From assembly GCF_009914755.1 (NCBI RefSeq), contig NC_060930.1: a stretch of 64,000 bases of DNA. One strand, written 5' to 3'. Positions 30,943 to 49,001 of the stretch are shown one piece after another (position 1 is the stretch's first letter; each line of letters begins with the position of its first letter). The position numbers were made by a program, and so were the translations under genes. The notes beneath the pieces were generated by a model. The model had not been told where the DNA came from. It worked only from the letters and a program-made list of their open reading frames with translations, and did not search any database. Source of the DNA: the human T2T-CHM13v2.0 reference genome, Homo sapiens.

Positions 30943-32856
30943 TTCTCCAGTATTCTTTTATAAGTTAGATGTTAATACTGTAGAATTGAAAAAAATTATG
31001 AACCTTTTTCATACACAAATCTATTCAACTCAAAATACTTACGAAGTCGAGTCCTGGATTCATAATATCTCAGCATATTGTTTTGAGTTCCATCTGAGCT
31101 TGAGGATGATATCTATAAAGCCAGCCAATATTAATTACATCTTCAAGTGAAAGTACATTACCCGCCTCCCTGCAGTTTTAACCCTATACAGTGGAAGTGT
31201 AGCCTTTCCTTCTTCCAGGAATTGTTAGCATAAATCCTGACAGTTCCAGACAGTATGGAAGGATCCCAGTAGATAGGGAAAAGATCCCCACTCGAAGGTC
31301 CAAGCCTAGTGGGATACCTTTCCTGGGCACATGGTGCCAAGAGATGACTTAAATATCTACAACCACTTGTCAGCTCAGTTTTTTGGGGGACTACTCCAGG
31401 TCTTCCCTGGGGAAGGGACACATATTCTTCCTGGTAATAAAGATTAACCTTGGGGGCAAGGATAGCATTTTCCTCTGCAGCACAACGTAGGAGTAAATGG
31501 AAGGGAAAACCCAGGAAAGCAGAGGTGTTCCCTCACAGAGGCAGTGGTAGAAAAAGTAAGGTAGAAAAAAGCAGTAAGACAGGGATGTTTGGACAAGGCA
31601 CTCATTCATAAGAAAGGAATGATAGCAGATTGGATGTTTTTTGTTTATGCCTTATGTATTTGACGTTACTGCCAGTGATTTTTGCCTTACATCTGACCTT
31701 TTTTAACGTTCAAAAGTGTCAAAATAGATTTTGTTGTTGTTGCAGTTTTGTAATGGGCGGGTGTATTATTATCAGGATGGAGGCTGATTTATTCTTTTAA
31801 TTTTATTTTTTGCTGGCTGACACCTGAAGATCTACTAGCTCTCTGCCTCTACGGTCAAAGTGTGTTCTTCCCCACTGACAGTTGGGCTGCTGATGGCTCC
31901 TTTTAATTCCCATCAACTGAGGGCTGACTCAGTCAACATCTTCTCCCCATCCTGGACCCCAAAGAATACAAGGAAAAAAGGCTCAGAGACTTACCACATT
32001 ATTTTTGTTTTAAGATGTCAGCACCTGATGTATTATTTTAGTGCTTGTTTAAATATTCTGAAACTGTGTTTTCTTTTTTCCTTTAATTTAAATTTGTCTT
32101 CATAAAGTTGGCTTACAAGAACATTTCTTTATCAAGTTTATCTGGATTTTCTGGGTCAAAAGTATAAGTGATTTCTGGACTTTTCTTGACAAAAAGTACC
32201 AAGAAAAGCTGCATTAAAACAACAAATCTAATTTTAAAAACACTTAGTGAGCTAAAACGCAGACTCAAACCAAACTAATGAAAGCTATTTAAGAGAAGTC
32301 AGTTGAAGTAGTTTCCAGAATTTATTTCATTGTTTTTTCAACTCTTTGTTAACACCATAAACGTGAATTAAAAAAAAAAAATTAACTTGTTTTTGAACTC
32401 TATAAAAAGTATTTTTTTTTCTTTTAATTAACTTCATTGTTTTTTAAAGCCCTGCCAAGCTCTATTTCTGTGCTTGGGTAGTTCCCATTTGCAAATAGGG
32501 CAATTTCTGCATATAGGTCTGAACAGGCTATGCCACAATTATCCTTTTTATTGTAACTTTACTGTCAAAGAAGTAGTTTTTGTCTCCAAATGGAAATTCC
32601 AGAGTAATTCAAATGCCTTAGTAAACATAATGTCATTTCGTATTTCCAAAGGCAATGGCCGCTGGTCCAGTAAACAAAACCCATGTCGAAACCTGGAGTG
32701 GACCCACATCCCCTCATTGTTACTTTAGTATCTTTCATAATAATGACAGTTGCTAGGATTTGTTTTTTACCAAGTGCCAGGAAGAGTGGGAAGTGTTTAT
32801 ATGGATTATCTCATTTAATGTTTACATTAACTTTATGAGGTACAGGTATTATGTGT

Positions 32857-33152
<296 letters not shown>

Positions 33153-36100
33153 GCGTATCTTAATCTCATAGACCAGGAAACCTAAGCTCAGAGACCAGTA
33201 ATTAAGCTGCCTTGGCTACCTAGCTAGTAAACAGTAGAACCAGAATTCTAACCCAGACTGACTAAAGCTTAGCCTAACTGCATCACTGTTTTATACTGAC
33301 ATATGGGATGTACATTTAATGATATATATGCAATAGTTTTCTAGTTATAATTCATCTTTAAAGTCACTTGAGCTTGGAAAAGTTGCTACATATCATAATT
33401 GGCCTCGTGCCAGACACCAGGCCCTGTGCTATGTTCTCTACTGGTAAATTTGCTGTCATTGAATGGTAAGAATCCAGTGTCACCATACAATTTTACAAAT
33501 AAGACATAGGAGATATTAATGTCCTCATCGTCATTGCCTGGTAAGAGGCAGAGTCAGGGGAGTTTCGCTACTAACAAAACTATTCTCCTGGTGCTGAATA
33601 AGAACTACTTGAACAAGCTACACAAAAGGATTAAAGCGCAATTAAGTTCTTTCCAAAAATGTGTGGTGGCATTTGTCTCCGTGGCATGTGATTATCTTTA
33701 GAACACATTCTAAAGATGATTTCCAACTCACAGTAATATTGGGAAAAAAAATTTGGAAAACATTTGCCCTTCCTAAAAGGTGAAACATTTGAAGTATTTT
33801 CCTTTCTGCCTCATGCCTTTCCTTCCTTTAGCAAACATTAATTGAGAACTTATTATGTGCTGTAGTCACTGTGCTGTTTGTACCTAAATGAATAAAACAC
33901 AGCTCCTTACCCGAAAGAACCTGAAAATATTTTTCGAGCAACTGTCATTTCGTGCTTGCTTTGAAGTTTATGAATTAAGGAGTAGAAATTCAGAAACTCT
34001 TCAGTCGATTGATTTTACAGTATAGGTTATCTTCATATATTTAATACACATCTCAAATGTCAAGTTCTTTCTCTCTGCGTTAGTGCCCACACAGAACCAT
34101 AAAATCTTGCCTTTGTATCATATGCTTATCTCTCCCAGTTCTTTATTTCTTTCAACCGTAGTGGTAAATCTATATATCATGGTGACACATTAATCATTTC
34201 TAAGCTATTTTTAAGAAACTGGAGTCTGTATTCCTTTTTGGGATCAATAATTGGGATAAATGAAATAATAGTGTGAGAACAAAATTTAAGGAGGAGATTT
34301 TAAAAGTTTCTCTGAAAGTCTAAAATTATTTTCTTTCTTGTTTTAAGGATTTTGATAACTAAATATATATAAGTTGTTGTTGTGTTCTCTTATGAACCCA
34401 CCGAGTGTTTCTCAAAGTTGGAGTGTCAGGATCACTGGGGCACACAGTTTTGGACACCATGCTGGACCTACCTAATTAGAATCGTGTCCACCCACGTTCC
34501 CATTTGAAGTTGTAACATACTTTATTGGCAATTCTGAAGCACAGTAGCACTTCAGACCCATTTTTCCTATCGATTTTATTTATATATAAGCATAAACAGA
34601 AGAAACTTTGGTGTGGGTAAAAAAGAAACTACAAAGGGATTCCTGCTGACTCATGAGCCCTAAGCCTCCTTAGATTTCTGTTAATTGAGTTGAGACAATG
34701 CCCTTTCCCAAAACCTCTTTCCTTAACAGAAGGGAATTTCTACAATGGTTCTAAACTAGGATGGCGCCAGAGTCCCCTAACACCAAATTCCAGAGTCCTA
34801 AAAACTTTCCGTTTTTAGAGAATATGATTTCCTTGCCAACACCAAAAATGTTTCCCTAAAGAAAAATGAGGGAGAGGATATTATCTACCTAGTTCCAAAG
34901 AGAACCTTTTTACTGATGAAATCATATAAGCCTCATAGAACCCTCCTAGGGGAACCCAGCAAACAATATTAGCTTTTATTATATGTTTGCTATGGAGCCA
35001 AGGACCTGTACTAGATGTTTTTTGTGTTATTGAATTTGATTGTTATTGTATTTAGTAGCCTACTGAGATAGTTATTATTTATCCTCAGGTCAATTAAGTA
35101 ACTTGTCCAGACATTGAGTTAATCAATGAAGGAGCCAGGAATCAAACCCTGGTTGGCAGAATTTCAAAACTGTCTTCCCAAGGAGAGAAAAAATGGAATA
35201 TAGTGCTTCCCCCTCTGAATCACAAAAACTCCATCTCAGGAAGCCACCATTAGCAGTGTAGCATGAAGGAAAAGGAGTTTCTTCAGCCATCGTAAAGAAA
35301 GAGAATCATCTCCTTTCTGAATTTAAGTATTTACCTTACCCATGAGAAAACAATACCCTTTGCTTCAGGGCAATAAGATAATTGTTTTGGTTTCAAAGGT
35401 CTTTCCTTCTGGCTCCTACTGGATTAAAATAAACAAAGGTGATGTTTATGTCAACAATGTTATTTAGCCAAATAGGTGGCACTGTCAGTGTGAAAGCTAG
35501 ATGGTAGTTGACTCTAAGAAAGGGATGAGATAGTTATTAACTAAAAGGAGAGACTCAAAATTAAGAATGCCTCTGCAACTGCAACTTTAGCACATTTGCC
35601 TGAATGTTATAATGTATTCACTGTAAAGTCTAGAAACCTTATAAATATATGACTGGCAGTTGCCTCAGGCAGAAATCTTTTACTGATGCAATGAGATAAA
35701 AGTAATTAAGCTACATGTAGACTGATGGGTAATTAAATCCATGTGAAGCATTTTGTAACTAATTGCTATGTTCTAATCACAGATTGCTTTCTATTTGTCA
35801 AGGTAAGTGTATATAATTACACCGTCCTTATTTTCTTTAATCTGAAATCATCCTAGTTGGGTGAATGTTTTTAAGCACCCTGAATCTTAGAATATTTGGT
35901 ACATTTCTTGCATAAAGGTAATTTGCATATTTTGTAATTTAAGGACGTTTTATAGTAAAATAGCTTTTAGTGTCACTAAGAATTCTGTGGTCAATAGAGA
36001 TTTCTAATCTAGGCTCATTGTTCATTGTTTAATCTTTTTTTTTTTTTTAAATAGTAAAAGGTTATGTTATTTACTAATGCCGGTAACATTCAAGGCATTA

Positions 36101-36671
36101 TATATATATGGACTGTGGTCCTTATCACAGTAGTTAGAAAAGACCAAGGATCAGTAAAGGGATTCAAAATAGATTTCGATTGACACAGGTTGTAAAACAA
36201 ATAAACAGCTTTGAGGGCTCAAGAGTCTCAGATTGAGAGAGCAATATGATTGAAGGCATGGCTGGATCTCCTTGACGGGTTATAGCTGGTAAGACAAGGG
36301 CATTTCTAGAATCAGGGGACTAGAGTGGATTTCATCTACTCTAAGTGGAAGTAGAAATGTGGATGTAGACATCCATTTAAAGCCAAGTTTTCAAATACAA
36401 GTCACCTTTGCTGCTTGGTGACACTAGACAGTGCTACAGATGTCTTATTCATCTTTGTGCTTTTAGCATGGTGCCCAGCACCTGGAGCTCACTCAGGTAA
36501 TATTTGTGTTATTGCCATGAGTAACATGTAGACCAATAATGAATCAACAGATCATTTTCTGCAGATTATCATCATTTGTGGCCTTCTGTTTCTCATTTTC
36601 TTAGTTGTGTAGTCTGTTTTCTGACCTTCAGGGCATATTATAAAGTCACTGCATTAACAAAAAAAAAGTCC

Positions 36672-36975
36672 TAGGTAGGCATGGTGGTTCATGCCTATAA
36701 TCCCAGCACTTTGGGAGGCTGAGACAGAAGGAACACTTGAGCCCAGGAGTTCAAGACCAGGCATGGCAACGTAGTGACACCCCATCTCTACAAAAACTGA
36801 AAAAAAATTAGCTGGACATAGTGGGATGCCCCTGTAGTCCCAGCTACTCGGGAGGCTGAGGCAGGAGGATACTTGAGCCTGGGAGGTCAAGGCTCTGCAG
36901 TGAACTATGATCACGCCACTGTACTCCAGCCTGTGCAAGAGAGAGAGAGACCTTGTCGCAAAGAAACAAAGCAAA
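36672..36975 (+). mobile_element. AluJ
   Basis: Full diverged dimer. Confidence 0.88.
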
Positions 36976-37010
36976 ACCCTGTACTTAATTACTTAATTCC
37001 GCCTTATACA

Positions 37011-37304
<294 letters not shown>

Positions 37305-37542
37305 TGTACATACTTTTTATTACATCAAATGTTTCACATCATTTTTTATTGCTAATGACTTTTAATAGCTTTGTAATTTATAATGAACTTTTAGCCTTCT
37401 CTAAGTGGAAATTATTATGATAGGCATAGTTTACTAAGGCTGAATTGTAATATATTTCTTTGGAAACCAGATCCTTACTCCCTCATTCTTCTCATTTTTG
37501 TTGAGCAATTAAAGTTGCCCTGTATGGTGTGGAAAATTAGAC

Positions 37543-37862
<320 letters not shown>

Positions 37863-38296
37863 TAGAAACAGGATCTTGCTACATAGCCCAGGCTGGTCTA
37901 CAACTCCTGCGCTCAAGCGATCCTCCCACTTTGGCCTCCCGAAGAGCTAGGATTACAGGCATATGGATTCCTCTTCTGCTCACTGCACACCAGACCTGCT
38001 TCCCCACACTCTTGGTGTAAGAGTGCCAGCCTGCCAGCCATCAGATTTTTTCTTTCCTCGGAGACAAATGTTATGTTGATTTCTTCACACTGCTGCACCT
38101 TGTCCCATAGCTTCTCCTTTGTATTAGTGTAGATATATAATAATGAATAGAAATGTAATGCATTTTATCTTTACTGTATCTAACTTTAACACCTCAAAAA
38201 CATAGAATAATTATTCTTTTCTAATGCCTGCTGACAATATTATCTTCACATCTTTCTGTTTGTGGTTATGCCGACCTATCTTATAAATTTATTTAA

Positions 38297-38658
<362 letters not shown>

Positions 38659-39104
38659 CATTTTTTTTTTTATATATCCCTTGGGGAACTTCACATGGGG
38701 CTTGGTGACAACTACTTACTAAATACCACTTGCTGATGACAATGGCAGTACTATGACACGCTTCAGGATGTGGTCTTTGAGTTTCTAATTGCAAATACAG
38801 GCATTATCTTTTTTATGTAGTGTGTGAGGCTTCTTATTTAAAGAAAAATGTGTTCATTTGATGGATTTTTAAAAATAGGTGATAATTTTAGAAGCACCAT
38901 AACAGTAGCCACTTTAAATCAGGAAACTTTGACTCCGTGCTGAGGAAATAGGTTCTTGATTTACATTAGACAAAGAGTATGTTGGCCCTGCCTTACTTAA
39001 ATTTCACCTGAAGCTCCTAGAGTCTGTTGGTTACCAGAGGTTTCACGTATTCTGAGTCCTTTGCCCTGATAACCCGTACTCTGCCTTCATTTTCTTCCTT
39101 GTTT

Positions 39105-40545
39105 GCTTTTATTGTATAAAAATCCCAGAGTTACAGAAGTGTTACAAAAACAGTAATAAGAGTACATTTACCCTTCTTCAAGTGTTTTTTTTCTCTCTTT
39201 CTTTTCTTTTTTTTAAAGACAGTGTTTCACTCTGTCCCCCAGGTGGGAGTGTAGTAGCACAGTCACAGCTCACTGCAGCCTTGACCTCCCTGGCTCAAGC
39301 CATCCTCCTACTTCAGCTCCTGGGCTGGGACTACAGGTGTGTACCACCACACCCAGCTAATTTATTTGTATTTTTTGTAGAAATGGGGTTTCGCCATGTT
39401 GCCCAGGCTGGTCTCAAACCAACTGGGATCAAGTGATCATCCCTCCTTGGCCTCCCAAAGTGCTGGAATTACAGGCATGAGCCACCACACCTGGCTTTAA
39501 ATGTTTCTATTTTAACATGACATTATATAACTATCAATACCAGAAACTTAACGTTGGTAAAATACTATTATGTAATCTGCAGACCCTATCCAAATTTCAC
39601 CCATTGTTTCACTAACTTTCTTTTTCTGGTCCCAGGTCCATCTAGGATCCCACATTACATGTGGTTACCAAGTCTCCTCAGTCTCTTCACTTCCAATCTG
39701 GGCCAGGTCTCCTGTCTTTGTCTTTTATAACCGTAATATTTTTGAAATGTGCTGGTCAATTATTTTATAGCACCTCTCTCACTTTAAGTTTGTCTGGTAT
39801 TTCCATGTGATTAAATTCAGGTTATGCATTTTTGGCAAGAGTACCACTGAAGTGATTGATACGCACTTTTCAGAGCATCAAGGTACATGATGTTAAGATT
39901 CTCATTACTGGTGGGTTTGATTTTTATTACATAGTTAAGGTGATGCAAAATTTCTCCACTGTGAGGTGGTTTTTTTTTTTTTCATTTTAATTAATAAGTG
40001 TCTTATGGGGGAAATGCTTAAAAACTGTAAATATCTTCCTTCTGCCCACTAAGTTTAGCATCCATGGATGATCCTTGCCTCTGACAATTATTACTTGTGG
40101 TGTTTGCCAGATGTTGATTTTCCTATCTTACCTTTTACATTCAGTAATTAAAATTATATTATATGGAAGACCTCTGCTTTTTCCTCCATTTATTTTTTGA
40201 AATACCTTTTCTGTTTTGGACTCATGGATATTTATTTTGTTCTATACTTTAAATTCTACTACTGTCATTATTTATTCTGTTGATCAGATTGTCCCAGATT
40301 GGCCATTGAGAGCTTCTTCAGTTTGACTCCTTTGTTCTCTTGATTTGCCCTCATAATTTTTTTTAGTACTTTCTTACTGTCTGGCACCAGAAAGTGTTTT
40401 AGGCTTACTTTGTACTTTCTGTAACTCAAATCCTGGAATCACCCATTTCTCTAAGCAATTCTTATACTTTATGTTGGGAGAATAGAGTTTTGAAAATAAG
40501 ATATGATCGCTAGTTGTGTTCATTGCTTCCGGGGTATCATCTTCT
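39105..40545 (-). mobile_element. L1MC-like 3' end with an AluJ insertion (39185-39495)
   Basis: ttacagaagtgttacaaaaacagta ... cagattgtcccagattggccattgagagc ... cctggaatcacccatttctctaag. Confidence 0.75.
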
Positions 40546-42509
40546 AACTTGATCTTTTAAATTTCGAGTTTGTGGAGTTCTCTTGGAACTGATAGATAGC
40601 CAGTGCACTTCTATGTAGACTGATGGTCTTCAAATGATTCTCTAGTAAAATTCTCCTTTTTTTCCTATTAAAATGAAATAATATTTTTTTCTCGTTTTAA
40701 AGGGAAAATGGATTAAGTTAATTGATAGAATCATCTCAATTTTCTGTATTTCTCAGGAAACCTTTTCTTCCCATTTTTGTGGCTATTCTCCATTTGTGTG
40801 GATATATAAAAGATGATAAATTAGTGCGTAAGTAGGAAACATTAACAGAAGCTCAATTTATTATTTTTACAACCTTTTTTTTTCTGTTGAATATATATAG
40901 GTATTTTCTGATTGTGTACTTTCTACTCCAATGGGAATGAGCATTTATGCTTTGTTTTCTGTTTGAAATACTGTGAAAACTTGAATACTTTCTTATGTTC
41001 TTTTCTTTGTAAGCAAATCTGAGAACTGCACCTGTAGGCTCCTTCTTCCTTTCATGTTGTCATCTCAATGTCCCCTCCTCCTTTTCCTCCTTCCCCAACC
41101 CTTCATGCTTCCCTTTCTTCCTGTCTTCTTATTAATTTCTTCATTCAGTCAATAAATAAATATTCACTAGATGCTTAATATGTTCTCAGTCACTGTCCTA
41201 TTACAAGAGTTAGTTCAGTGAACAAAACAGAGAATTGCAGTCTTATTGTAGCTTTCATTCTATTTGGGGGTGGGGTGGAGAGGCAATACACAGTAAACAT
41301 AATTAGAAGTAAATTATATAGTATGTTAGAGGTACTTCTCTCCACTTTTTTCTGTCTGTTCCTTCCTCCTGCTGCATTTACTAATTTCTCTCCATTGGTC
41401 ACTGTTGGAGATCTTTAAAATAAATAATGAATGAAAGAGAACCTTTCTAGGACCTCAGCTTAATCCTTAACCAGCTGAAGCCACAGGAAATAACAAAAAA
41501 GAACTGGGGAGTTAGAGAATACAGAATGAAAATGTATTTCACAAGAGTTTTGTAGAATATTTAAGTGAACTCAAGTTTGAAATATCAAAATGGTTTTTCC
41601 TAGAAGAGATTTGGCAGACTTAATAGAGGTAATAAAGCATTTTTAAAACTTAACCAGGGCACTTATAAAAGATAACAAAGTAATTTTGCTGTATTTGGCT
41701 AAGCTTGGGCCAGTGCAATTACTATAAGTACTCTATTTTCTTTTTAAATCCTTGTAAGTAAATGCCACAGTAATATATTGGCTGCAGAGGAGACAAAGGT
41801 GGAGAGTTTCTCTGTAAAGGTTTTATGGAGGGGGGATTGAGAGATGGTGTTTTTATCAAGTTAACAGGAGTGCTTTGGTAATGATAATTCATTTTTTCCT
41901 AAACAAGAAAAGTTGTATAGATCACACCTGGAAATGAGGAGCTTTTAAAAATATTTCTATTCCACCCATGTATGGCAAATTACATATCTTACCTATTTTC
42001 TGTGTTTCTTCATTTATAACTTATAAATAATGGTTTACAGTTAGAAGCAATTTGTAGATAGAAATGCTATTTGCAGTAAGAACTACTAAATATTTATTTT
42101 AATAGTGAGAATTAAGGACTCAAAACTTTGAAGTATAGTTTTAAATACAATAGTCTCTATTTTGTAAACACTGTGAAGTGTATAAAATGTGTATGTCCAA
42201 GATAACTTAAAGATAATACACAAAATGATTGTTGTACAGTTGCATTTGTGAATGCCACTTTTTAATTTATTAACTATGTAATATAATGTTTTGAATTTTA
42301 ATAAAATATGTCAATACAATCAAGAAATATACATAAATGAAGCACAAAATCTTATATCTATCAATCATATCACTTCACTGTGAAGAATTTTCAGTTTCTG
42401 TTGATTAATTAGGAGAAAGTATAATTTATTAATATATTTCTATTATGTGAATTAAAATTCATGTTAATTCTTTTAGTTCTTCATTGTAGGCAGTTCTATA
42501 CCTTATAAC

Positions 42510-43277
<768 letters not shown>

Positions 43278-44475
43278 GGTTTATTGGATAGTACAGGTTT
43301 TATTACTCTTAATGCATCTCATGTTATTTACACATTGTTTTGGTTTTCTTCAATCATTTCTTATTTCTAATGCTACTAAAGCTGGCTTTTGAGATTTTTG
43401 GTTGGTACTACTCATATCATAATTATAGTCAGCATTTTATAGGTCTTCTCCTTGAGTCACTAAATTGGCATTAAAAACAATTATGTTGGAGTTCCTTCTT
43501 GGAAATTAAGAGATTAATTCTAATCCATGCTGTGCTGCTGCTTATTGTATCACTTTGGGCAAGTCTGTTAACCTTTCTGTCACAGTCTCTATTTATAAAA
43601 TGAAGTGGATAAAGAGTTTTGGCATTTCAAACTGGATAATTCTTATTTTAAAAAATTGTCTGTGTTTGTTATTCAAATACATTGATTGATTACACTCATA
43701 TGCATTGTGTTACCCATAGTGCCAAAAAAGGTTTATCTACTAGGATCTATTTTTAGTGAACGATGGTGATAAGCCATGAAGAGGGAGAGAAGTATCCTTA
43801 ACTGACTTTCAAGCACAGAATTATTAAAATCTTACATTATATCTGGGTACAAATTGGAGAGCCCTGAATTGGCACTTTGGGGCAAAGAAAAGGTGAGATC
43901 ATTGAAGTTGTTGGTTTATTGTTTTCGTCAGTGCTAGCAACTAAGTATGTTTTACCTTTTTGTGAAAAGTTGAATTATTGGCGATAAGGAATTATCACTT
44001 TTTTTCCATGAGGTAGTTATTTCAAAATGACATTCTGCTTTTCCCCTTCGGCAAGAGGATAACTAACATACTACTTTAAAATACTGAATATTAGCTCTCT
44101 AGATTAGCCTCTCATAGCAGAATTTAATAATGATCATTGTACTTAATTAGCTTATAAGACAGCTTATGTTTAACACATGTAGACTTCATTTGTTGATTTA
44201 GCTCCTTTTAGATGTTTTATAAAATAGAAAAAAGATGGACTTTACCAAAATTACCACTTTGATTGATTGATGGTTGCCCTCAGGTTTAAATATATACCCT
44301 TAGCTTATCACAATCTACGTTCAAATAATATTTTACTACATCATTTATAGTGTAAGAACCTTGTAATTTTATATTTCCATTTCCTCTTCTTGTCCTTTGT
44401 GCTATTGTCAGTTTTTTGCATCAAGTGTAAACCCCAAAATATGTTATTATTTTTGCTTTAAATGTATATATATAC

Positions 44476-44772
<297 letters not shown>

Positions 44773-44788
44773 GAACAATTATATTTTA

Positions 44789-45075
<287 letters not shown>

Positions 45076-46466
45076 GATTAAAAATTATATTTTATATATA
45101 CCCACACGTTTGCCATTTCTGGTCCAATTCTTTTCTTTGTGTGTCATCTGGTACTCTGCTTTTTATCTAGTATTGTTTCTCTCCTGTTTAAAGATCTTTC
45201 TTTATTAGTCTTTGGAGTAGTGCTGGTATTGAGTTCACTCAGCTTTGTCTGAAAAGTCAACAAAAATCTAGGTTAAGAGTGTTTCAGTCTTTTGAGGTTA
45301 TGTCTCCATTACACTCTGGCTTGCATCATTTCTGACAAGAAGTCGTCTGTCACTCTTTTCTTTGTTCTTGTATACAATATTGCTTCCAGCCCCCAGTTGC
45401 TTTTAAGATTTTCTCCTCATTACCTTGTTTTTTCAAAAAAAAAAAAAAAAGAAAAGAAAAAAAGAAAAAAAAAGTAATTTGTTTGTGTACTTTGATGTGG
45501 CTTCTTTTGTTTATTCTGATGAAGGTTTATTGAATTTATTGAATCTGTGATTTATAGTTTTTGCCAAATTTGGGGTAAATTTAGCCATATTTTAGGGACT
45601 CTACTCATGTGTTAGTGTGCTTGGTGTGGTTCTGTTCTGTTCATTTTTATTATGAATGTTTTATTTCTCTTCGTTTCATTTTGGGTAGCTTCTGTTACTA
45701 CTAGGTCTTCAAGTTCATCTCTAGAAGTTCCACTAGGTTCTTTTCAAATATCTTCTTTTGTTTTTTTTTTATCATGTTCATATTTTTTTAAACGCATAGA
45801 CCACATGTACAATAGCTGGTTTTATGTCCTCGCCTGCTAATTCCATCATGTTTGTCATTTCTGACTGTGTTCCTATTGATTGATATTTTTTTTTTTCCCT
45901 CCTGGTCATAACCACACTGAGCCAGACTCAGTGGTGCATGCCTGTTGTCCCAGTACTCAGAAGGCTTAAGGCAGGAGGATTAAAAGTACGAACCCAGCCT
46001 GGGCAAAATAGTGAGGTTCTGTCTCCAAATATATAAATAAATAACCATAGTCAATAGTTTAGCCCACATCAGTACTCAGCCAGAGACTTGAGGGGAGCCC
46101 TCTTCTGATTTTTGGAGCTCCGTCTCCATAGACAGCCCTCTCCTCTATGATATTTAATCCTATCAATTATAACCTTCCAAACTCCAACCTCTGTCTCTTC
46201 AACTCAGAAAGGTCACTGGGCTCTGTTTGTTTTCCTACCTGTCTGTACTGTGACCTGGAAAATGCCTCCAGATAGTAATATGGGAACTCATGTTGCTCAT
46301 CTCCTTTGTTTCTCTCAAGAATCACATTCCTTCACTGTGTTGTTTCTTGTCCAATTATTGTTGTCTCATATATTGTGTCAATTTTTCTAGTTGTTTACAG
46401 TAGTAGGGTAATTTCTATAACAGTTAATCCTTCATGTGTAGAAGTGGAAGTCCTCACAGTATGTCC

Positions 46467-46873
<407 letters not shown>

Positions 46874-47159
46874 TAGAACTGGTTATTGATATATATGTTA
46901 TTATAATGGTATTAAAATTACCTTTTGTTGACATTACCTGCAAATGTTTGTAGTGTTTTGTTCTTAGAAATTTTAAATTGAAGATGTAGCTGGTTATTAA
47001 ATTCTTGCTAACTGGTATATCTGTCAGACCTTCCTATTCTGACTATTCTTCCTTTCCTCAGGGCTGAATCACTAGCTGCTTCTTAAAACTTTTAAACAGT
47101 ATTTCTTTGTCCTAGAATTGCACTTTATTCTTTCATTATCTAGAAACAGTGCATATGTG

Positions 47160-47167
47160 CACACACA

Positions 47168-47201
<34 letters not shown>
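47160..47201. repeat. (CA)n microsatellite
   Basis: Direct inspection. Confidence 0.93.
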
Positions 47202-47202
<1 letters not shown>

Positions 47203-47286
47203 CCTTTTTACTTAAGAATGTAACTATCTTCTCATCTCCTACATCCAACCTGTAAAAGGCACATAAGGCTATTTTAACTAACCCCT

Positions 47287-47520
47287 TTTGAGTATCCCTA
47301 ATCCAAAAATCCAAAATCCAAAATGCTCTAAAATCTGAAACTTTTTTGAGTGCCAACATGACACTCAAAGGAAATGCTCATTGGAGAACTTTGGATTTTG
47401 TATTTTTAGATTAGGGATGTTTAGCTGCTACATATGATGCAAATTTTCCATAATTTGAAAAAAATCTGAAATCTAAAATCCCTCTGTCCCAAGCATTTTG
47501 GATAAAGGAATATTTACCTG
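47287..47520. mobile_element. Tigger4a/MER46-like MITE
   Basis: ttgagtatccctaatccaaaa ... cccaagcattttggataaaggaatatttacctg|ta. Confidence 0.85.
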
Positions 47521-48560
47521 TAGTTCAAAAGAATAAAGTGATCCAAATTATCATATTTATAATTATAGTTTCCAGGTTTTTGGGTAGTAGGTTCTTGAGG
47601 GTGAGCCTATTTTTCTATTCATTTTCCTACCTCATAGAGGCCCTATATCACATATTCTCATTTGTCCTATCTTCTGAAGCCAAAGCAGTGGTTCAAACGT
47701 TAAGACTCTGAGTTTGTGGCAAGTATTGGTTTGTTTGCTGGATTTCAACTTAAATAATGCTAAGTGAGAATCTGGGGCACAGTAGTAGTATTTAGACTCC
47801 GTTGGATGGAAAGAAATAAGAAAAGAAAATAAATAAAAGACAAGCACCACTTTCTTTCCCTCTAGGTGATACCAACTAAAAACCATACATTGTTACTGGT
47901 CTGGGTTCCTTTTATTTATTTCTATTTACATTTGTGAGTGTTGTTTTGTATATTTTGGTCAATTATAGTAATAAATTTCCCCTCCAAATAAAGAATGAAT
48001 GAAATTAATTTTGTTCTGAAAGACTGGACAGTTACATTATCTGTCATTTTTTTCCTGCCCCTTCTTATACAACGTATCTAGTGATTTGAGAATTTTGAAA
48101 CTGCATTCAGTTTTCATGAGCATAAGTATGAAAATATCTTAAAGTGAAGTTATTGAGAGCTTTCACTGGCAAGTATAATATACATATTGCATAATTATTG
48201 GCTATGACAGTGCATTGTTTATCAACATGTCATCTTTGCTCTCTCAGCCCTGCCCTGTGAGCTTGAGCCCCTTATAACAACTTCCATTAACACTGGCTCC
48301 CATTGTACAATTCTTTCTCACCACGAAACTCTCACTCACTTCATTCTAACCACACTGACCTCTTTGTGGTTCCTTGGGAACTGCAGGCATACTCATACTG
48401 TGTCTTTGCACTTATATTCCCTCTGCTTCAAGGGCTCTTCCTTTAGATAGCAAATCTGCATGGCTTAGTACCTTGATTCATTCAGGTTTTGTGTCATTGT
48501 GAGTCTTCCTCAACTATTCCCTATCAAAAATAAGTGTCTTTTCCCAATCACTTCATCATT

Positions 48561-48680
48561 CTGGACTCAAAACATCTGCCCTCCTTGGCCTCCCAAAATG
48601 TTGGGATTACAGGGGTGAGCCAATACGGCTGGCCTTTAAATGCATTTTCAACTTACAATGGATTTACTGGGATGTAATCC
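48561..48680 (-). repeat. Inverted duplicate of 49355-49487 (MER47/Alu junction)
   Basis: Reverse complement shares the junction ctggcctttaaatgcattttcaactta and private Alu variants; 13-nt deletion. Confidence 0.9.
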
Positions 48681-48698
48681 AGTACCACAATCCATACC

Positions 48699-49001
<303 letters not shown>

